Shown here: in pieces, positions 19,364 through 30,366 of the stretch | Layout of the letters: each line of letters begins with the position of its first letter | How positions within the stretch are numbered: position 1 is the stretch's first letter | From: Aureliella sp. | GTDB lineage: Bacteria > Planctomycetota > Planctomycetia > Pirellulales > Pirellulaceae | Assembly: GCA_963691875.1 (NCBI GenBank) | Contig: OY829846.1 | Coordinates: 2,848,001 to 2,912,000, forward strand | DNA: 64,000 nt | Direction: 5' to 3' | Made by a program: the position numbers and the translations under genes | The notes under the pieces: generated by a model | Databases searched by the model: none | Told to the model about the DNA's origin: nothing | What the model saw: the letters and a program-made list of their open reading frames with translations, nothing else

Positions 19364-20125
19364 ATGCTTGTTGCAAAGCGGATCGATCGAGTTCGATTTT
19401 CCATCCTCTTAATTGCTGCAGCCGTTCTGATAGGCCAAGCCACCATACTTACTGCCAGCGACCAGAAGGTGACTTCATCCAAAGCGAAGAGCAGTTCGGA
19501 GGACGCCTGGGAAACACCTGACGAAATGCCCCAACGGCTGAGTGACTCACTGAGTCAGGTTTATCGCGTCGACAAGTATCGCTCGACGTTGAGCAAGTCG
19601 ATTGAGGCAGAGTACAAGTCGGCCAGTCTTGTCAAAGGAATCAGGGGGCTGCAAGAAACGCTCGATACTCCATTCACCATCGCTCTCTCGGAGCTAGACT
19701 TGCTCGGCATTGATCATGACACACCTGTTTCGATCAAGGTAGGCAAAATGCCTGTTGGCGAGATACTCGACCTGCTGTCGGAACCGCTCAACCTAACTTA
19801 TGGCGTTCGCTCGACGGGAGTGAGCATTGCGAGTAGGCAAACAGCGACCCTTGCTCCGACTACTCGCTTCTCCGAGAAGAGCTGGGCCATCGACTCGCAA
19901 AAGGATGTCAGAGGTCCTGTCAACTTGGTTAAGCTCACAGTTGAACAAGATAGCTGGGTCAGCAACGGTCAACTAAGCTCAGCAATCCCGCTCGGGCCCG
20001 TGCTGGTCCTGAGTGCTCCAAGCTCAACTCAACACAAGATCGAAAATCTCCTCGCCAATTCGGCAAAGCTGAAGCAACTTCGGCAAAAGAGGAAGTCTTT
20101 GGAAGAACACCACAGGTTGGATTAA
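19364..20125 (+). CDS. Hypothetical secreted protein with STN-like and secretin-N-like domains
   Basis: Signal peptide, LDLLGIDHDTPVS..LSEPLNLTY, and a C-terminus resembling that of 8130-8924. Confidence 0.55.
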   Translation: MLVAKRIDRVRFSILLIAAAVLIGQATILTASDQKVTSSKAKSSSEDAWETPDEMPQRLSDSLSQVYRVDKYRSTLSKSIEAEYKSASLVKGIRGLQETLDTPFTIALSELDLLGIDHDTPVSIKVGKMPVGEILDLLSEPLNLTYGVRSTGVSIASRQTATLAPTTRFSEKSWAIDSQKDVRGPVNLVKLTVEQDSWVSNGQLSSAIPLGPVLVLSAPSSTQHKIENLLANSAKLKQLRQKRKSLEEHHRLD

Positions 20126-20189
20126 TGCAGAGGTGATGCCGAAAGTCTTGAAGACTTCCGCTACTTAATAAAGTTCGCCCGATAACGAG

Positions 20190-21434
20190 ATGATCAAAAT
20201 GAAACGTATCGAAAAAAACAATACCACGCTCGCACTTTGGCTCATTTTGATTGCCGCCACTGTCGCACCGGCTCATGGTGATGTTTTTTACTTCACGGAC
20301 GGGCGCGTCATCTCGGGACAAGTCACGACGGAGCATGAGAAAGAGATCGAAGGCGTCAAAACCACGTTCTGGAATGTGCAGCTCGACAGTGGCAACTTGA
20401 TGCAAATCAGTGAGCGAGAACTGACGGGGCGCAACGGCCATGACTTCCTCTCCGATGCGGAAAAGGAATACATGGAGAAGATTCAGTCGATCAAACTGGA
20501 AACAGCCGAAGACCACTGCTTGGTCGCTCACTGGTGCGCTAGCAAGGGCCTATCAGCGCTTCGCAAAGCTCACTATCTTCAAGCACTAGATATCGATCCA
20601 GACTACAAGAAAGCCCGTTCCGGTGCAGGTTTCGAACGCGATCGCAACGGCGACTGGAAGCTGAAGGATGAAGTCCGCGGCAAGGAGATGGGTAAAGTCC
20701 GGATGGGAAACATCTTTGTCTTTCCTGAAGACATCGCGATTCGCCGCAAGCAAGAAAAGCAAGATGCGGAAATGGCACCGATCAAGAAGAAGATGAACAC
20801 GCTTCATTCTGCCGTAGCCTTTGGTCGCAGCGAACAAAGGCGAAACGAAGCGATCGCGAAATTGCGTCAGATCCGAGATCCGCGCGAAGCTAACTTGCTA
20901 GCGAGTTACATGCTGGACAAGCGGCGAAAGACGCCTGCCAACGTGCGCCTGCTATACATCAGCATTCTCTCACGTTTTGCCAGTTCAATTCCCGCTCTCA
21001 CAAACGCCAGCCTTAACGATGAAGACCAAGGTGTACGCTCGGCCGCCCGCGATGGCTTGCGAGCACTCAATGCACGCGGCTCGGTGCCAACCTATTTGGG
21101 TTACTTGAGCAGCCCAAATAACGCAACCGTGAACCGAGCGGCTCGTGGAATTGGATTGTTCAATCCCAAAGAAGCAGTGCTTCCGCTGATCGAAGCACTT
21201 GTTACGACCCACAAGCAAAAGCAGGGTGGTGGCAACACGAATTACAACGTGCAAGGAGGAATGCAGTTTGGCTCGAAAGAAAAAGTGGTCGACGTGGCGA
21301 TGAACAACGCGGCAGTCCTTGAGACGTTAACTGCGATCACGGGCCAACGTTTCGACTACAACAAAGATAGCTGGTACGCCTGGTATGCGAGCCAAAATGC
21401 ACCACCAGTCGGCGACACTCGTCGTGATCCCTAG
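20190..21434 (+). CDS. Secreted HEAT-repeat-containing protein
   Basis: Signal peptide, DVFYFTDGRVISG N-terminal motif, and HEAT-like segments DEDQGVRSAARDGL and AVLPLIEAL. Confidence 0.75.
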   Translation: MIKMKRIEKNNTTLALWLILIAATVAPAHGDVFYFTDGRVISGQVTTEHEKEIEGVKTTFWNVQLDSGNLMQISERELTGRNGHDFLSDAEKEYMEKIQSIKLETAEDHCLVAHWCASKGLSALRKAHYLQALDIDPDYKKARSGAGFERDRNGDWKLKDEVRGKEMGKVRMGNIFVFPEDIAIRRKQEKQDAEMAPIKKKMNTLHSAVAFGRSEQRRNEAIAKLRQIRDPREANLLASYMLDKRRKTPANVRLLYISILSRFASSIPALTNASLNDEDQGVRSAARDGLRALNARGSVPTYLGYLSSPNNATVNRAARGIGLFNPKEAVLPLIEALVTTHKQKQGGGNTNYNVQGGMQFGSKEKVVDVAMNNAAVLETLTAITGQRFDYNKDSWYAWYASQNAPPVGDTRRDP

Positions 21435-21480
21435 TGCAACTGCAACCTGCTACCTACCCTTTTACTCTGCGCGGTTCACG

Positions 21481-21776
21481 ATGCCCTTGAACCGTCACAG
21501 CTCTGTTTTTCTTTCGTTTCTTCTTGGTGCTCTAGCACTGAGTAGTGCTTCGCAGGCAGATGTCCTCTTCTTGAAGGACGGTCGCGTCATTTCAGGTAAG
21601 CTCCCGGAATCGGTCAAGAAGACTGTCGATGGAGTCCAAACTACTTTTGGCGAGTCGAACTCAACGGTGGCACCGCAATTCAAATAAGTGAAAGCGAGCT
21701 GGCCAGCCCTAAGAAGCCTGACGAACTCCCTGCTGAAGGGAAGGCATACGAGCATAGATGCTTCAATAGTCGCTGA
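21481..21776 (+). pseudogene. Truncated, frameshifted paralogue of the upstream HEAT-repeat gene
   Basis: Reads DVLFLKDGRVISG...DGVQTTF|WRVELNGGTAIQISESEL against the upstream DVFYFTDGRVISG...EGVKTTFWNVQLDSGNLMQISEREL. One T is missing at 21645-21648 and the frame ends after about 98 codons. Confidence 0.8.
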
Positions 21777-21794
21777 CAGGCGCCGCGATCCGTA

Positions 21795-21851
21795 AGAATG
21801 GGATTCGGGCGAATCCCATTCTCGGTGTAGTAATTCCGACGAATCCCACTA
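21795..21851. repeat. Hairpin / REP-like element between convergent genes, possibly a bidirectional terminator
   Basis: Perfect 13 bp inverted repeat agaatgggattcg-gg-cgaatcccattct (21795-21822), followed by cgaatcccacta, whose reverse complement tagtgggattcg occurs at 3298-3309. Confidence 0.65.
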
Positions 21852-24800
21852 TTGCTGCTGGTACACCTCGTGGGTCTCGTCGCCAGCTGAAAGGACGTAA
21901 GCGACCAAGTCTTTGACCTGCTCTTCGGTCAGCCAGTTCAGCATACCTTGAGGCATCACAGACTTGTTGTTGGAGCTCTCGCCTTCGATCTCATCTTTGA
22001 GAACGACCTCCGACTTATCCGGGCTCAGCGGGTCAGCCTTGAGCTCATACTGCTCTTCAGTCTCCTTAACCACAAAGCCACTGACGATCGTGCCTGAATC
22101 GAGCAAGAACGTCTTGACCGCGTACTTTTCTTCGACGTCCTTTGATGGATCGATCATCGATTCCAGCAAGTAAGCCGGGTTACGTTTCTTCGCATCGAGC
22201 TCAGCCAGATTTGGTCCAAACACTCCGCCCTTGTCACCAAGCTTGTGACACTGTGCACAACCAACTCGATTGAACCACAACTTGCCACTAGCATGCGAAG
22301 GATTACCCGCAGTTAGCTTCTCTCCAGGGAAGTCGGAGAGCTTCCATTCCTTGACCAAAGTAGGCACCCAGCCATCGCTAGGTCCCTGCTCAATCGGCTT
22401 ACTGCCGTCTTCGAGGGGATACAACTTGAGTAAATCATTGGCGGCCCAGAACACAGCGTCTTTCTCTCGTTTCACGGCTCGAACTCGAGAAACGAAATTT
22501 GGCGTGATCGGCTTCGAGCGATTCGTCCAGGAGTTACGCACGTAAGTCAGAACCGCTGCAATTTCTTGATCATTCAGCAGGTGCCGGAAACCTGTCATCG
22601 GCGGCAAAGGCGGCGAGCTATATCGTTTGCCCTTCACTTCGATGGTGCCATGCATGCCGTCAAGAACGAGACGCACCAAGCGTTCCTCCGAGCCGGTCGT
22701 CCAAAGGCTTCCATCAATTGGCGGGTACAGGTTCGGAAGGCCTTGGCCGTGGGGCTGGTGACAAGTTGCACAGTGACTCTCGCGTTTGTAGACCTCCGCA
22801 CCAAGTTCCATGACTGCGGCATCTGCCTTTACTGGAATGCTTGCTCGGAGTTCACGCAGTTGTTTCAAAGCGGCCTTATTCAAGCTCCCTTTGCTCGCCA
22901 AACTCTTTCCTAGGTTCAGCATGCCTGAGTACTCGGGTGCTTGCTTTTCAACCGGAGTTGCTTGTTCTGCATCGCTGACCACTAGGGCCAAAATGGACTT
23001 AGCATCGGCAGCGCTAAGGCTGTCCGCAACAGTATCTGGCTTAAGACTGGCCAAAGCCACAACTGACGCTAGTCCCAAGGATTCGTCTTTAGACAGAACT
23101 GCAAGATCAGCAATCTTTTGCTTTTCCCGTCCAGGGAAGGTCATCAAGACTTGCAATGCTCGTTGTCGAAGGTTGCTTCCTCCCTCAGGCCGTAAGTTCA
23201 CGGCAGGAATTGGTTGCTTGCCGATACCCGGACCTGCCCAGGAAACGATTAAGCCATCGCCGCCACCATTCTCAAAGTAGTTGACTTGTATCTTGTGCAA
23301 GCCAGCACTTAAACGAATGCGTCCGGAACGTTCCTGCATTCCGTGCGCGCCGTCATTGTTCACGACCAGTTGATCATTGATATAAAGCCGCGAACCATCA
23401 TCCGAGTTGGTGTAGAAGGTGTAACGACCATTCTTTGGAATCATAATCGAAGCAGTCTGTCGCGTCGCAAATCCATCCTTCTTTCCACCCGGGACGAACA
23501 AAGAGAAACTTTCCAGCTGCCCCGTCAACTGAGGCTGCAAACGATCCAGAGTTTCGTTCGAGACATTGCTTGGATTCGGCGCGTAATATTCGTAGGCCAC
23601 GGATGGGCCCGAAACAGTTGGTGCATTGTCTTCGTCCGATTGCAAGTTCTCAGGAAGCTCAAAAGCGAGTGGACGCACTTTGGAATAGAGAGCATCCATC
23701 GAATCTTTGCCATCCAACGACTCAATGGCTCGTAGTGCATCGCCGAGCAGGATACGTGATTCAAGTGCTTGATTCCATGCTGCAGAGACCGCACCGCTGC
23801 GGAACCATGCCCGAAACGCAGCTTGCCGAAGATCGATCGACCCCGTCTTCTGCACAATACCTTGCAGAGCCGGACCGGCTCCCTGAAGATCTGACTCATC
23901 CATATCAGCTATCATCTCGGCAAGATCGGAAAGGCTCTCGAAACCTCCTGCTTCCGCAGCCGTAACGCTGGAGAAGAGTTGTGCCGATCGCGGGATCCCC
24001 CCCGCCTTGGCCAGAGCATCGAGGGCTTCCCAGCGTGCTGACGTAGCGACGTTTTCTCGTGCCAGGATCGCGGAAAAGACTTCACGAGACTTCTCCATCC
24101 TCAGCAGAAGATTCGCATCCGCATTTTGCAGGGCGTAAGTCTTCGCTGCATCCGATAGCGGCTTCTTCGTAGCAATTGCATCGGCGATCATCTTGTCGAC
24201 TTGGATCTGACGCCGGGCAAAGCTTAGGACATCGTTGAGCTCAGGATCCGTCTCCCGATTGGCGACTTCAAAGATCACCTCAGCGGCAGCAAGCCCTTCG
24301 AATTCGATGGCTGCTTTTGCCGCCTCTGCTCGGACGAGGGCTGATTCATCTTGAGCCGCTAGGGAGAGCAGTCCATTTGCTTTCTTGGTATCGTCGGCAG
24401 AAATCATCTTTGCCCAGTGGCCTAGCGAACGAATCGAAGCAGCACGAACGCGAGGCTCCGTGGCCATGTAAGTCTTCTCTACCAATCCAAGATTGGGGAC
24501 GCGATGCTCTTCATGAATCCAAAGACATTCCAGCAACGCTTGCGCTTCGTCCCGATCAGCTGAGGCATTGGCGGGATTCAACTTGTCGCCGAAACTTGAA
24601 ACTGCAGCAAGGACTTTGTCTGAATCGCGACCGCTCAACTCCAAACGCACGCGATATCGCACATTATTCTGCTTGGAGAACAAGTTCTCCAGCACTTCGC
24701 TCACTGACTTGCCCTTCATCTTCACAGGCTTCAGCGTCGGTCGACCTTTCGCACTGACGCGGTAGATGCGGCCGTGCGTGTGATCACGGTTTGGGTCTCG

Positions 24801-26807
24801 CATGTTATGCTGCATATGGCCAATGAGTGTATTTTGCCAATCTGCGATGTACAGCGCTCCGTCACCGCCAACTTCGATATCAGTTGGCCGAAAGTTTGGA
24901 TCGGTGGACTGAATGATGTCGTTTGTTCGCTCGGCCGATATCTGTGCCCCGTTGTACTGCACTTCGTAGTTGAGAACTCCGAGGAATCCAATAGTATTGC
25001 ATATCAAAAAATTGTTTTGGTACTTCTCAGGGAAATGGCTACTCGAGAGAATGCCGGTCGCAGCCACCGGACGCCATTCTTTCTTGAACCACTGTCGGCC
25101 GCCGGGCCGCTGGCCCTTCCCGATACTGACGTAGCCGCCAGTCCCGCTCGTTCCGTCGTTCGCGAATTGATAGCCCCAACGATCGAACACATCACCATGT
25201 GGGTTCGGGCCAATCGGATAGTGGAACTCCATTTCAAAAGTACGAGGATTGAAGCGGTGAACGCCGCTCTGTCCAGAACGATAGGTCTGCGTGGGCGTTT
25301 CGAAGGCAGCAACGTTGAAGATTCCTCGCGACCAGTAGAGCCAACCATCAGGGCCAACCACCATCGCATTGGCCGAGTGGTGCGTGTCGGCGCTTGACAC
25401 ACCTTGCAGTACCCGGATCTTTTGATCCGCCTTGTCGTCTCCATCGGTGTCTTTCAAAAACCATATTTCAGGTGGGGCTGCTACCAAGACTCCGCCGCCC
25501 CAGAATTCAAAGCCTGTGATGCTGTTTAGCTCGTCTGCAAACACGATCAACTCGTCTGCTCTTCCATCACCGTCTTCATCAGGCAGAATGACCAACGCAT
25601 CTTTGCGCGGCTCGGTTGGATTCCAGTGAGGGTACGATGGCCAGACTGAAGCCCACAGACGGCTGTCCGAATCGACGGCCATCTGCACTGGATTGATGAG
25701 TCTTGGAAACTGCTCCTCGGAGGCAAACAGGTTTACCTCCAGATCCTCCGCCACTTTCATTTTGCTCATCGCTTCTTCGCCGCCGAGATAGGGAAAGGCA
25801 CCCCCGTCCAGCGGACCTTGGCGGTTCGGCTTTACGACGAGCTCTTCTGGCGAGTTGTCATCATCGAGTTGTAGGTCACCACCTTGAGCGACTGCCCAGA
25901 CACGGCGATCGCGATTGGCGGTCATCACGTCGAAGATTTCCATTTCACGCATCATGACATCTGCGTTAGACTGACCAAACCAAGCTAAACGAGACCGCCC
26001 ACCAAAGACGTTGTACTCGTCCACTACCCGATAGCGACTGAACCAGTGGTAGTTCTTGTCCAGTACCGCTTCGCGCAGCTTGGCAACTTCTTCGTCGGAT
26101 GGCAGTGTTTCTCCAGGTGCGGCGGATTGCATAATCGCGCGGGCTAGAGCACGATTGCCGTGATCGCGCAAGTGAATGCCGTTCATTGTCAGCGGCTCAT
26201 CGCTTTCGGCGTAGAGCTTCTTGGACATGGCAAAAAGATCCACGAAGGGAACTTCCATGCTTTCGCAGATCTCGCGCATGAGCTCTGTATACTGCCCGAG
26301 CAGCTTGTTATTCGCGCTGCCGTCTGGCAGATGGGGACTCTTCAGATCTTCATGTGCGATCGGAGAGAAAACAAAGATACGAGGTGCTGACTCTCCGTTG
26401 TATTGCTGGCTTCGCATGTGGGCCAAGGTCTCGGTCAGGTCTTTTCCGAACTGAGCCAATCCCGACGGGCCCTTCAAGGCTTCGTTGTAACCAAAGAAGC
26501 AGGCAATGACGTCGGCCCCACATTTCGTAAGCCACTGGTCAGCATTTCCAAAGTTGTCGGCCCGCTGACGCAGCTTCACTTCGTCTCCGGAGAAACCAAG
26601 ATTCCTAAATGTCAACTCATGCTCAGGATGCAAAGCATGGATGTACGTCTCAAGCCAGCCGTGATGCTGCATGCGATCGGCGAGCGTATTGCCGATGTAG
26701 ACGACGTTGTCGCCCCTTTGGAAAGGGCTTTCCTGAGACTTTGCCTGACTAGAAAAAATGAAAACGGAAAGGCCAAGCGCAATGGCACGCGTCAATGGAC
26801 TAAGCAT
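21849..26807 (-). CDS. PVC-type haem-binding CxxCH protein: SGNH-like domain, dehydrogenase-like beta-propeller, HEAT repeats, PA14 and two cytochrome c domains
   Basis: SGNH-like blocks GNTLA/GYNE/NGIH, propeller motifs LFASE..LINPV, DTDGDDKAD and FRPTD...DW...HGRIYR, PA14 motif YTFYTNSDDGSRLYIND, haem motifs CATCH and CAQCH, and C-terminal SVMPQG..DLVAY. Confidence 0.85.
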   Translation of the reverse strand: MLSPLTRAIALGLSVFIFSSQAKSQESPFQRGDNVVYIGNTLADRMQHHGWLETYIHALHPEHELTFRNLGFSGDEVKLRQRADNFGNADQWLTKCGADVIACFFGYNEALKGPSGLAQFGKDLTETLAHMRSQQYNGESAPRIFVFSPIAHEDLKSPHLPDGSANNKLLGQYTELMREICESMEVPFVDLFAMSKKLYAESDEPLTMNGIHLRDHGNRALARAIMQSAAPGETLPSDEEVAKLREAVLDKNYHWFSRYRVVDEYNVFGGRSRLAWFGQSNADVMMREMEIFDVMTANRDRRVWAVAQGGDLQLDDDNSPEELVVKPNRQGPLDGGAFPYLGGEEAMSKMKVAEDLEVNLFASEEQFPRLINPVQMAVDSDSRLWASVWPSYPHWNPTEPRKDALVILPDEDGDGRADELIVFADELNSITGFEFWGGGVLVAAPPEIWFLKDTDGDDKADQKIRVLQGVSSADTHHSANAMVVGPDGWLYWSRGIFNVAAFETPTQTYRSGQSGVHRFNPRTFEMEFHYPIGPNPHGDVFDRWGYQFANDGTSGTGGYVSIGKGQRPGGRQWFKKEWRPVAATGILSSSHFPEKYQNNFLICNTIGFLGVLNYEVQYNGAQISAERTNDIIQSTDPNFRPTDIEVGGDGALYIADWQNTLIGHMQHNMRDPNRDHTHGRIYRVSAKGRPTLKPVKMKGKSVSEVLENLFSKQNNVRYRVRLELSGRDSDKVLAAVSSFGDKLNPANASADRDEAQALLECLWIHEEHRVPNLGLVEKTYMATEPRVRAASIRSLGHWAKMISADDTKKANGLLSLAAQDESALVRAEAAKAAIEFEGLAAAEVIFEVANRETDPELNDVLSFARRQIQVDKMIADAIATKKPLSDAAKTYALQNADANLLLRMEKSREVFSAILARENVATSARWEALDALAKAGGIPRSAQLFSSVTAAEAGGFESLSDLAEMIADMDESDLQGAGPALQGIVQKTGSIDLRQAAFRAWFRSGAVSAAWNQALESRILLGDALRAIESLDGKDSMDALYSKVRPLAFELPENLQSDEDNAPTVSGPSVAYEYYAPNPSNVSNETLDRLQPQLTGQLESFSLFVPGGKKDGFATRQTASIMIPKNGRYTFYTNSDDGSRLYINDQLVVNNDGAHGMQERSGRIRLSAGLHKIQVNYFENGGGDGLIVSWAGPGIGKQPIPAVNLRPEGGSNLRQRALQVLMTFPGREKQKIADLAVLSKDESLGLASVVALASLKPDTVADSLSAADAKSILALVVSDAEQATPVEKQAPEYSGMLNLGKSLASKGSLNKAALKQLRELRASIPVKADAAVMELGAEVYKRESHCATCHQPHGQGLPNLYPPIDGSLWTTGSEERLVRLVLDGMHGTIEVKGKRYSSPPLPPMTGFRHLLNDQEIAAVLTYVRNSWTNRSKPITPNFVSRVRAVKREKDAVFWAANDLLKLYPLEDGSKPIEQGPSDGWVPTLVKEWKLSDFPGEKLTAGNPSHASGKLWFNRVGCAQCHKLGDKGGVFGPNLAELDAKKRNPAYLLESMIDPSKDVEEKYAVKTFLLDSGTIVSGFVVKETEEQYELKADPLSPDKSEVVLKDEIEGESSNNKSVMPQGMLNWLTEEQVKDLVAYVLSAGDETHEVYQQQ

Positions 26808-27859
26808 GAAGAAGAACTCGTCGTCGTGAAGCAATTGAGAGGTCAAGGCGGGATAGGCTGAACGCCTGGATTGGGTCCGTATTGTAGCGAAAACTCGAGC
26901 GAAATGCGTCCTGACAGAGCCAGCTCTCGGCGAGGGTCAGAGTTTGATTCTAGCCAATTCGTCAGGAAAGGAACGTAAGCTCCCTTTCCAAGTTCAACAA
27001 GGAATTCAGGGAGCGTCGGAGCCCTAGCGACGGAGAGGATTCCCTCCAATTTGAAATTTCGTTTTACCCCAAGGCAGCGTGCGGGGTAGGGATGCGTATC
27101 CCGGCCATTCCAAATCTTGCTGGACTGCGATCTGAAGAACCCAAACTGACACCACCGGCCCACTGATAGAGTCTCTGATTTGCCGATTCGAAAGCGCAAA
27201 CTTGAACGGTACGGGCAGCCTATCACGCGCTCCCAAGCTGTGATTCAGGGGACGGCTTCCGGGAGGAGCAGCCGAAGCTCAAGACAGCTTTGATTGCGTG
27301 GGCGAAGGTACATGGTGACAAAGAGTTGCCCTCGCAGCTCGCTTGCTTTTGGGAACTCTGGCTGGAATTGCTTGAGAAGCTCACAGTAAGTAGTAAACCG
27401 CAAACTGAAGCCAACCAACACTGCAGCTTCGAGAAAGAGGACCTCCCACGGCAGCTTGAGCCAATTCATGACACGATTCAGCCGCTCGATGCCGACACAA
27501 AACACCTTGAACATCAACAGAGCAAAGCTGGCATTTGCGTCACATGCAACTTGCGGCGAGATCTTTTCTCCCGAGATCAAGCCGTACACAGTTGGCTTGC
27601 ATAGCTTGCTCGATCTCTTGCGGAAGATTCGCGCTGAGCAAGTGGGCGCCCAACGCGGCAAATACGACTTGAATCAATATGACACAGCCGATGTTCGCCG
27701 CCAGACCGACTGGCAGAAAGGCCCATACGACCAGCGCGCCACCAAGCGTGACCGCCAAGACCACCGTACTTGGACTTGGCAGATCGTCCGCCTCCAGACG
27801 ATTGCTATGCCTAGCTTGTAGCTGCCCGACTGCGTTTGAGTTCCGCTCGTCGTTCATGG

Positions 27860-28790
27860 TTAATCATCGACACGCAGTACTTCCTGCCCTTGAATGGAGC
27901 CCATCGCACGATGGATTTCGATATCCAGTTCATAGGCAATCGATCGAACTGAGCCATCGGCCAGAGCCGCATTCCAATTGGTGAAATGCGCACTTCCGAA
28001 ATCGTGGCAATTCAAACAGCTCTTTGGCCGATCCGCCTGCGGCGACCTCGCGGTAAACCTTACGAAACCATTGGTTGCTGTACTGCGACCTACCTATCCG
28101 AGCACAGGCCCTCGATCACCAAAATCCGTGCCGTCATGGTAGCTTTCGGAGTCCATCCCTTTCTCGCCAATCAAATAAGTGTTGCTGAGGCCATCGATCA
28201 CGTCGCGAATCTTGGTCGACTTACCCATCCGCCAAATCCTGTCTTCTTTGACATTGATTAGCACGGTATTTTCACCCGTAACAGCATAGCCACCATTCAT
28301 TGCATAGTCTGATCTCGCTGCTTTTCACCGTACCTTTGACGAAACGCATTGATAATGGAGTAAGCGAGCATCGCCCTTCTAGTAGGGCAATGCAAGACAT
28401 TGAGTGGCGTTTGTAGCGCCTGATTCAGTGCATCGTCCATGACTACTTCGCGCGCAGCCCCGAGCTCGCCCCACGGCTCGGCAAGTGCACGCTGTTCAAG
28501 AAATGGAAGACATTTGGCGAGCCAGTTCCAGCCGCGCATCTCCTCTCGCCGTCTGCGGCTTTCAAACAACACCAAGAAAGGGTCTGACTCACCGGCGTAT
28601 CCCGGAAAACAACGATTCGCAGATTCATAATTATGTGCTGCCAGCACGAGCTGCTTGATATTGTTGCGACACTGGACTTGCCTTGCTGCTTCTCGCGCAG
28701 CCTATAAAGCAGGCTGACCAAAATCCCAATGATGGCGATAACAACTAAAAGTTCGACAAGGTTGAATGCGTTGCGACGAGAAAATGGCAT
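27860..28790 (-). pseudogene. DUF1559 (prepilin-type N-terminal / H-X9-DG) family pseudogene
   Basis: AFNLVELLVVIAIIGIL is followed by a deletion/frameshift before AAREAARQVQCRNN, a second frameshift near 28320 and DGLSNTYLIGEK. An in-frame TAG at 28094-28096 precedes FGSAHFTNWNAALADGSVR. Confidence 0.88.
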
Positions 28791-29040
28791 GACAAACTCG
28801 GGCGATCAGAAGAGAAGAGTGATAAGTCAATTGTCAATCTTGCGGTGAACAGAGGCAGCTTCACCGCCCATGTCACCGGACCCGTAATGTATCAGTTTCG
28901 AGTCTGGCGGCAGACTTTTTGTCGCACGACCTTTCAGGCGGCTTTGCTAAAGCAGGAGTACAGGGATACTTGTCAAACTTCCCATGTTAGGAGAGGCTAT
29001 TTCGACGGAACTGCGTCGAACTCTCTTGAATGACAACGTC

Positions 29041-29772
29041 ATGACATCTCTCCGCGTCACGATCTGGAACGAATTCTTGCACGAGAAGTCGAACGAGGAA
29101 GTGCGAGCAATCTACCCCGATGGCATGCACACGGTCATCGGCCAAGCCTTAAAAGAACACCTTGGCAAGCAAGTCCAGGTACGGCACGCCACACTTGTAG
29201 AGCCAGAGCATGGACTGACGGACGAGGTACTCATGGAAACGGACGTCATGTTCTGGTGGGGACACATGGCCCACGATCAAGTGCGAGACGAGATCGTTGA
29301 CAAGTTACACCGCCGGGTGTTATCGGGAATGGGTCTAGTGGTTTTGCACAGCGGCCACTACGCCAAAATCTTTCGGCGTCTAATGGGCACCGAGTGCATG
29401 TTGCGTTGGCGCGAGGCAGGTGAGAAAGAACGACTCTGGATTACCGCTCCGGGGCATCCTATCTTGACCGGGATTGACGGCGACTACTTCGAACTGCCTC
29501 AAGCCGAGATGTACGGCGAGCATTTTGACATTCCAGAGCCCGATGAACTCATTCTGATGAGCTGGTTCGCAGGTGGCGAAGTCTTCCGCAGCGGCTGCAC
29601 TTTTCGGCGAGGCCAAGGTAAGATCTTTTACTTCCGACCAGGCCACGAAACGTATCCTATTTATTTTGACCCGAATGTTCGCCGGATCTTGGCAAACGCT
29701 GCCCGTTGGGCCAAGAGCTCTGGTGGCAACTATCAACTCGATGCGAGACACATCCCCACCCCCATTGTGTGA
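29041..29772 (+). CDS. ThuA domain (trehalose utilisation-like) protein
   Basis: Motifs VTIWNE..HEK...[35 protein letters not shown] and [10 protein letters not shown]. Confidence 0.9.
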   Translation: MTSLRVTIWNEFLHEKSNEEVRAIYPDGMHTVIGQALKEHLGKQVQVRHATLVEPEHGLTDEVLMETDVMFWWGHMAHDQVRDEIVDKLHRRVLSGMGLVVLHSGHYAKIFRRLMGTECMLRWREAGEKERLWITAPGHPILTGIDGDYFELPQAEMYGEHFDIPEPDELILMSWFAGGEVFRSGCTFRRGQGKIFYFRPGHETYPIYFDPNVRRILANAARWAKSSGGNYQLDARHIPTPIV

Positions 29773-30104
29773 GCAATCCTAACACACACAAATACGTCGG
29801 TGCAAGCAATTTCGGCAATTGCCGCCGGCTCTCCCGTTCGTCGTCTGAATCAATTCGGAATGACCACAAAACCTGCCCGACGACTTAGGGCGATACGGCT
29901 CACCTAAACCAACGCTCAATTAATCACGGCCTAGCCGACCGGCCTGTAGAGGACTCGCTTGAGCCTCCTGCCCTTTTGCGAAGCATTAAATTACTCAGCC
30001 ATTCTTTTTTTGCGCCGCAAAGCTAATGCGATCCTTCTTAGCGATAGAAATATTCAAGACTTCAAGTAATGCAATTCCATGGTGCTGCAATTGTGCTTTG
30101 GGAA

Positions 30105-30275
30105 TCAAAGACCATCTACGCCGTGATTCATCACTTTTGGAATTCCACCAGAATCGCGCGCTAATACAATTCGGCCACAAGCCTTCGACTCAACTACCGA
30201 GTTCGGCAAGCCATCCGACACAGATGGCTGCATCGAGACATCACAGGCTTGCGAGTGTCGCGATACTTTGTCAGG
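30105..30275 (-). pseudogene. Glycosyltransferase family 4 C-terminal remnant
   Basis: ACDVSMQPSVSDGLPNSVVESKACGRIVLARDSGGIPKVMNHGVDGL matches the GT4 PS..EG.P...EA.A.G......GG.PE motif in decayed form. The rest of the gene is absent. Confidence 0.7.
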
Positions 30276-30366
30276 TGATTCGAGCGTAGCCGGCCCGCTG
30301 ATTGGCCCCTTACCGACATGCGGATCACGGCTCCGTGAGGTTCGACGAAGCATATTACGTGAAAAT

